A DNA stretch of 31,411 nt from Aeriscardovia sp. (GTDB lineage Bacteria > Actinomycetota > Actinomycetes > Actinomycetales > Bifidobacteriaceae): NCBI GenBank assembly GCA_017538865.1, contig JAFYIA010000029.1, forward strand, positions 1 to 31,411, in the 5' to 3' direction. The notes under the pieces were generated by a model. It was not told the origin of the DNA. It ran no database searches and saw only the letters and a program-made list of their open reading frames with translations. A program made the position numbers and the translations under genes. Below are positions 27,056 to 31,411 of this stretch, piece by piece (position 1 is the first letter of the stretch; each line of letters starts with the position of its first letter).

Positions 27056-29211
27056 CTTCCAGCCCTTTTAACTTCTATTACTCCCTCGACTTGCTCGAGG
27101 GATTTTGTTACCTGCTCGAGTTGGGCGAGATTGCGAACTTTAAAAGAAAAATAAGCCGAGACCAGGTTTGAGGCCACTTTCTGGCGGGAAGAGGACAGAT
27201 TCACGCAGGCGTTTGCAATCGCCAGCGAGAGATCGGCCAGGAGGGCCCGGCGGTCTAGGGCCAAAACTTCAATTTCAGCTTCAAAATCCCCTGACGGCCC
27301 TTTCCAGTGCGCGTCGGCAACTTTGTCGGGGCTTTTTTCGCTGAGCTTTATAAAGTCGGGACACTGTAGGGAGTGTATGCGCACCCCCCTAGAATTTGTG
27401 ACGAACCCCGCTATGGGATCTCCGGGGACTGGCTTGCAGCACTTGGCCAGCTCTATCCTCTCCCCTTTTTCCACGCCTTCCACCCTGAGGGAGTATCTTT
27501 TGGAATCCTGCCCCTCGCCTACGGCTCCGCTCCTAAGGGCCGCCTTCCAAACTGCGGCAGGGGGAACTTTCCCTGCCCCTACAGCGGCATAGAGGGCATC
27601 AAGGCTCCCAAACCCCATACGCCTCGAGGCCTGAAGAAGCGAAGAATAGGACAGCATCCTCCCGTAGCTTAAAAACTGGGAAAAGAGAGCCTTTTTTCCC
27701 TCACCCCTGTCCTCCAGATTCTTCTCCCTTGATAGCGACCTTTTGATTTTATTTTTCGCTTTGGGGGTGAGTACGAAAGAAAGCCAGTCGGGGGACGGGG
27801 AATGGTTTGGCGAAGTGGAGGTCAGAATTTCAACGCAGTCCCCGGTTTTGAGTTTGGCCGAGAGCGAGGAAGGCACGCCGTTGATTTTGGCTCCCACTGC
27901 GGCGTCTCCAATTTTAGTGTGTACCGCATAAGCAAAATCTACTGGGCATGCGCCCTCCGGAAGGTAGATGGTCTTTCCTTTCGGAGTCAAGGTAGAGATT
28001 TCTTCGGATATGAAGTCGTTTTTAAGGGCCGGAAGTATTTCCGAGGGATCCTGGAGGTCTTTGACCCAGTTGGCAGTGCGGCTTATCCATTCCGGGGACT
28101 CGAAGTCGCCCAGCTCCTTATAGCGCCAGTGGGCGGCAATGCCGTATTCGTCTTGCCTGTGCATTTCCTCGGTGCGGATCTGGATCTCTATCTCCTGTCC
28201 GTTGTCGCCCAAGATTGTGGTGTGGAGAGACTGGTAAAAGTTGGGCTTAGGGGCGCCTATATAGTCTTTCATCCTCCCCGGGACCGGCTGCCACCTTCCA
28301 TGGATGACCCCGAGCGCCCTATAGCAGTCCGGGGTCGAACCCACGATGACCCTTATCCCTACAATGTCGTAGATCCTGTCGAAATCCTTCTTTAAAACCA
28401 CTATCTTCCTATAGATGCTGAAGTGGCTCTTCAGCCTCCCGGCTATTCTCGCCCTTATTCCGCACTGCTTCAGGGAGATCCTGATTTCCTTCATCATCCC
28501 CCTGAGGTACTCGTCCCTGGACCCCGCCTTGGCCTCCACCATCTGCACGACTTCCCTGTAGATTTTGGGATCCAGATACTTGAAGGAGAGCTCTTCGAGT
28601 TCGGCCTTGACCTTACCCATTCCAAGCCTGTCGGCGAGGTGGACATAGATGTCAAGGGTCTCTTTGGCTTTTCTTGAAGCTTTTTGCGGAGGCATGAAGC
28701 GCCAGGTCCTGGCGTTGTAGAGCCTGTCTGCAATCTTTACGACCCCCACCCTGACATCCTGCTGCATGGCTAAAATGAGCTTTTTTATCGTTTCGGCGCT
28801 CGAAATTTCCCAACTGATGGAGGAGAGTTTTGTAACCCCCTCCACGAGCGGGGCCGCTTCGGGAAACTCCTTCCTGCACTCTTCCAGGGAGTAGCCCGTA
28901 TCTTCGACAGTGTCGTGGAGGAGCCCTGCGGTCACTACTTCCCTTTCGCACCCGAGATCTGCCAGAATCTGGGCTACGCCCAAGGGATGGGAGATATAGG
29001 GTTCCCCGGAGGCGCGGAACTGCCCCTCGTGCAGGCTCTTGGCGACTTCCCACGCCTTTTCTATAGGCGAAGTATCGTCCTTGGGGTGGTGTGAAGAAAA
29101 GGAGCGCAGGACCGGCGAGAGGAGGTCGAAGGGATCTTGGGAAATTTCAGCCCCCAGAGCCCTGGAGGGCGAAAGGGGGCGCATAGGGATAGGGAGCTTT
29201 TTCAAAGTCAC
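27052..29211 (-). CDS. relA: Bifunctional (p)ppGpp synthetase/hydrolase (long RSH, Rel)
   Basis: HD domain (SGEPYISHP, LLHDTVEDT), synthetase (GRLKS, DIVGIRV, YQSLHT, EIQIRT), TGS (DFAYAVHT), CC motif (KCCKPVPGD) and ACT tail. Start placed at GTG 29211 overlapping the dut stop (GTGA). Confidence 0.95.
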   Translation of the reverse strand: MTLKKLPIPMRPLSPSRALGAEISQDPFDLLSPVLRSFSSHHPKDDTSPIEKAWEVAKSLHEGQFRASGEPYISHPLGVAQILADLGCEREVVTAGLLHDTVEDTGYSLEECRKEFPEAAPLVEGVTKLSSISWEISSAETIKKLILAMQQDVRVGVVKIADRLYNARTWRFMPPQKASRKAKETLDIYVHLADRLGMGKVKAELEELSFKYLDPKIYREVVQMVEAKAGSRDEYLRGMMKEIRISLKQCGIRARIAGRLKSHFSIYRKIVVLKKDFDRIYDIVGIRVIVGSTPDCYRALGVIHGRWQPVPGRMKDYIGAPKPNFYQSLHTTILGDNGQEIEIQIRTEEMHRQDEYGIAAHWRYKELGDFESPEWISRTANWVKDLQDPSEILPALKNDFISEEISTLTPKGKTIYLPEGACPVDFAYAVHTKIGDAAVGAKINGVPSSLSAKLKTGDCVEILTSTSPNHSPSPDWLSFVLTPKAKNKIKRSLSREKNLEDRGEGKKALFSQFLSYGRMLSYSSLLQASRRMGFGSLDALYAAVGAGKVPPAAVWKAALRSGAVGEGQDSKRYSLRVEGVEKGERIELAKCCKPVPGDPIAGFVTNSRGVRIHSLQCPDFIKLSEKSPDKVADAHWKGPSGDFEAEIEVLALDRRALLADLSLAIANACVNLSSSRQKVASNLVSAYFSFKVRNLAQLEQVTKSLEQVEGVIEVKRAGS

Positions 29212-29639
29212 ACTCCGGTTGAGCCGAACCCTCCCTCGCCTCTGTCCGAGGGAGGGAGCGAGAGGGCTCTTGCAAACTCCATCTTTTCCGCCTTCACGGC
29301 CAAAAACTGTGCGATCCTCTCGCCCCTGTAAAACTCTTGCCTCTCTTTGGAAAAACTTATAAGGGGGACTTTGATTTCCCCCCTGTAGCCGCTGTCTATG
29401 AGGCCGGGGGAATTTACCACGCATACCCCCCTCTTCAGGGAGATTCCGCTTCTGGGAAGTATCAGGGCCGCCCAGCCGTCGGGAAGGGCTATTTTAAATC
29501 CGACGGGAACGGCCTTCCTTTCCAAAAACTCCAAGGAGAACCCTTCGCTGCAGCACAGGTCTACCGCCGCATCGGAAGGGTGGGCATAGCGGGGCACGAG
29601 GTCCTCGCACCCATCCAGCGGGACGATTGCAATTTCCAC
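29208..29639 (-). CDS. dut: dUTP diphosphatase
   Basis: Five dUTPase motifs: DAAVDL, PRSG, GLIDSGYRGE, GERIAQ, RGEGGFGSTG. Confidence 0.96.
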   Translation of the reverse strand: MEIAIVPLDGCEDLVPRYAHPSDAAVDLCCSEGFSLEFLERKAVPVGFKIALPDGWAALILPRSGISLKRGVCVVNSPGLIDSGYRGEIKVPLISFSKERQEFYRGERIAQFLAVKAEKMEFARALSLPPSDRGEGGFGSTGV

Positions 29640-29654
29640 TTTTTGCCCCGGTCC

Positions 29655-29945
29655 TCAAGCGCAGTCCCGGCAGACGTACTTCGCGCCCTCTTTGTGGTCG
29701 AGCTGGCTCTTGTGCTTGACCAGATAGCATTTCGAGCACACGAACTCGTCTGCCTGCTTCGGCAGGAAGGCAGGGAGCACCTGGTCCTTTTCCTCCTCGA
29801 TTTCTTCGCTGGGGAGATCAAAATTCTTGGCCAAAGACACCTCGTCTTCGTCCATCTCAGCATCGTCTATAAATTCGGAAGCGGCATCTTGGTCGATAAA
29901 TTCATCAGTTTGTTCAGTGTAAAGGTCAGGATCATCTTGCAGCAA
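29655..29945 (-). CDS. DUF4193 family protein
   Basis: Acidic N-terminus and PKQADEFVCSKCYLVKHKSQL...CRDCA C-terminus; classic actinobacterial neighbour of dut; AGGAGG RBS. Confidence 0.88.
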   Translation of the reverse strand: MLQDDPDLYTEQTDEFIDQDAASEFIDDAEMDEDEVSLAKNFDLPSEEIEEEKDQVLPAFLPKQADEFVCSKCYLVKHKSQLDHKEGAKYVCRDCA

Positions 29946-29984
29946 AGTTTCCTCCTAGTAAGCTGTATTTATTTAAATGTCTCA

Positions 29985-29990
29985 ATTATA
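29985..29990 (-). promoter_or_regulatory. -10 element for the DUF4193-dut-rel operon
   Basis: Perfect TATAAT on the minus strand 40 bp upstream of the start; no clear -35. Confidence 0.45.
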
Positions 29991-30118
29991 CATTCCGACA
30001 CCCTGACCGTTTTTAATTTCTGGGCTTACACTTCATGTACCATGAATGTGGATTTTGGTAGAAGAATCGAAAGTCGAGCTTAGCCAACTTAAGGCTGAAA
30101 TTGATAGGGGGAGAGACT

Positions 30119-31216
30119 ATGGGCCAAGATATAAGCTCAGATCAAGAAAGTTCTGAGTGGAAGGAAGACAAGTCGTTACGGGAGTTGCCATATGAACTAA
30201 AACAAAAGTATTTTGCTTATACAAGCCAATCACCTGTTGTATCATCAGCTGAAGTTGAGTACACAGTGCGGCTGCGAGCCCACAAACCTTGGAATGACGA
30301 TTCATGCAGTGAAATCATATGTGAAAAAGATATCAAGATTGACGAAGGGAAACTGAACAAAGATCAACAAAACGAGGAGTTCCTTAATAAATATTTTGAA
30401 GCTGAGGGCCAAAAGGCACGATATTACAAGATTTCTCTCCTCACTTTAGGTACTCTTATGTCTGATGCATACAAAAAAGTATATGAAAAAACTAAAAATT
30501 GCGATCCTACCGAGAATAAGTATGGAGACAGTCATAAGTCAGAAAGTATGAGTATATGGGTAGAAAATCGCCTTTCTAAATCATCAAAACAAAAGGTAAT
30601 ACAATTAGTAAAGCAGTATATAGAAGCTAAATGTGAACAACATAGAGATGAAGATTTCCTAAAAACAAAAAAAGAAGAAATTAATCAGATTTTTAATGAG
30701 GCATTTTTAACAAAAAATGAGCTTTCAGACGCAGAGCCGGATAAAAAGCTGGATGAAAAAATCACAGAACTACTTAAAAATGAAAAATGGGATCCCAAGG
30801 AGTGTGCTAACTGGGATGGGTTTAGTCCTAAAGATATTAACTTTTACATGTCCGAATATCTCTTAATGTGTCCAGAAAATCTCCCGAACTTCAATACACT
30901 AGAGGAAGAAGAGAGCTATTTCACAAGTAGAAAAATGATTGAGAGAATTGATGTCAATGATCATTGGAAAGATTTCGAACTTCCTGAAGACTGTGACATT
31001 CCTAAGGCTGTGCATGAATATATTAAGGCAAACATTGCAAATAGCGGGAATGTCCTAATGACTATTTGTGTGGCAAGAGAGCTTAACGATAAACTACCCA
31101 AAAATTACAAATTAGAAGATTTATTGGGAGAAAATATCCCCGTAGGGGTTAAGCGCGGCTTGGTGGCTGAATTTGAGAGATGGCAAAGGCTAAAAGACCA
31201 AAGGCGTAGGAAATAA
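30119..31216 (+). CDS. Hypothetical AT-rich, Lys/Glu-rich protein (365 aa)
   Basis: Long clean ORF in AT-rich DNA (11/60 G+C at 30661-30720); ATG 30119 after GGGGGAG; no signal peptide, TM segment or motif recognised. Confidence 0.8.
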   Translation: MGQDISSDQESSEWKEDKSLRELPYELKQKYFAYTSQSPVVSSAEVEYTVRLRAHKPWNDDSCSEIICEKDIKIDEGKLNKDQQNEEFLNKYFEAEGQKARYYKISLLTLGTLMSDAYKKVYEKTKNCDPTENKYGDSHKSESMSIWVENRLSKSSKQKVIQLVKQYIEAKCEQHRDEDFLKTKKEEINQIFNEAFLTKNELSDAEPDKKLDEKITELLKNEKWDPKECANWDGFSPKDINFYMSEYLLMCPENLPNFNTLEEEESYFTSRKMIERIDVNDHWKDFELPEDCDIPKAVHEYIKANIANSGNVLMTICVARELNDKLPKNYKLEDLLGENIPVGVKRGLVAEFERWQRLKDQRRRK

Positions 31217-31263
31217 GAAGACTCTTTCCCTTCAAGATAAGGAGCCACCTCGTTTTCGCTCAA

Positions 31264-31410
31264 TTATGAAACATGGGACCCCTCCACATACAGCCCTTTA
31301 TAAGCCTTCCACGCGGTGCTGTCGGCGTTGAACCTGCAATGGGGTATCACTTTGCCGCAGGCTCGCCTGGGAGTCCTAAAGCCTGCCGCATGCAAGAGCT
31401 TTTCAAAGTC
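31264..31410 (-). CDS. Probable 3' end of a gene entering from the right edge
   Basis: Minus frame open from the window edge: DFEKLLHAAGFRTPRRACGKVIPHCRFNADSTAWKAYKGLYVEGSHVS*; GC content returns toward core level. Confidence 0.4.
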   Translation of the reverse strand, partial: DFEKLLHAAGFRTPRRACGKVIPHCRFNADSTAWKAYKGLYVEGSHVS

Positions 31411-31411
31411 C

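Noticed and set aside
29212-29424. 71-aa N-terminal extension of Rel in the ORF track
   Set aside because: It lies inside dut in another frame. The GTG overlapping the dut stop gives a normal coupled start.
1-31411. CRISPR array, rRNA, IS element or integrase
   Set aside because: No regularly spaced repeats, rRNA-like sequence, DDE/HUH transposase or tyrosine/serine recombinase motifs were seen.

Overview
Chromosomal window from a high-GC actinobacterium. EF-Ts, Lgt, ClpP1/ClpP2, DUF349 and DUF4193 sequences and gene neighbourhoods point to Bifidobacteriaceae (inference). About 4.9-29.95 kb is a very compact housekeeping block: lgt, cdsA, frr, pyrH, tsf, rpsB, def, tRNA-Asn(GTT), an orphan lipoprotein, an acyl-CoA ligase, clpP2, clpP1, tig, RNase D, nadE, a DEAD/DEAH helicase, aspS, hisS, DUF349, rel, dut and DUF4193. 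Two AT-rich accessory segments flank it. The left one (1 to ~4.74 kb) is the end of a mobile or defence island. It holds the tail of a probable primase/replication protein, a ribbon-helix-helix gene coupled to an unknown gene under a palindromic operator, an intact vsr, a frameshifted and truncated HaeIII-like C5 methyltransferase, a stand-alone PD-(D/E)xK (HsdR-N-like) nuclease behind a strong promoter and a 4-codon uORF, and a Trp-rich orphan bracketed by imperfect direct repeats. The right one (30.1-31.2 kb) is a single 365-aa AT-rich orphan. The main anomaly in the core is one in-frame TAA in the normally essential tsf gene. No CRISPR array, rRNA, integrase or transposase is visible. All protein assignments come from motif recognition by eye; no database searches were run.
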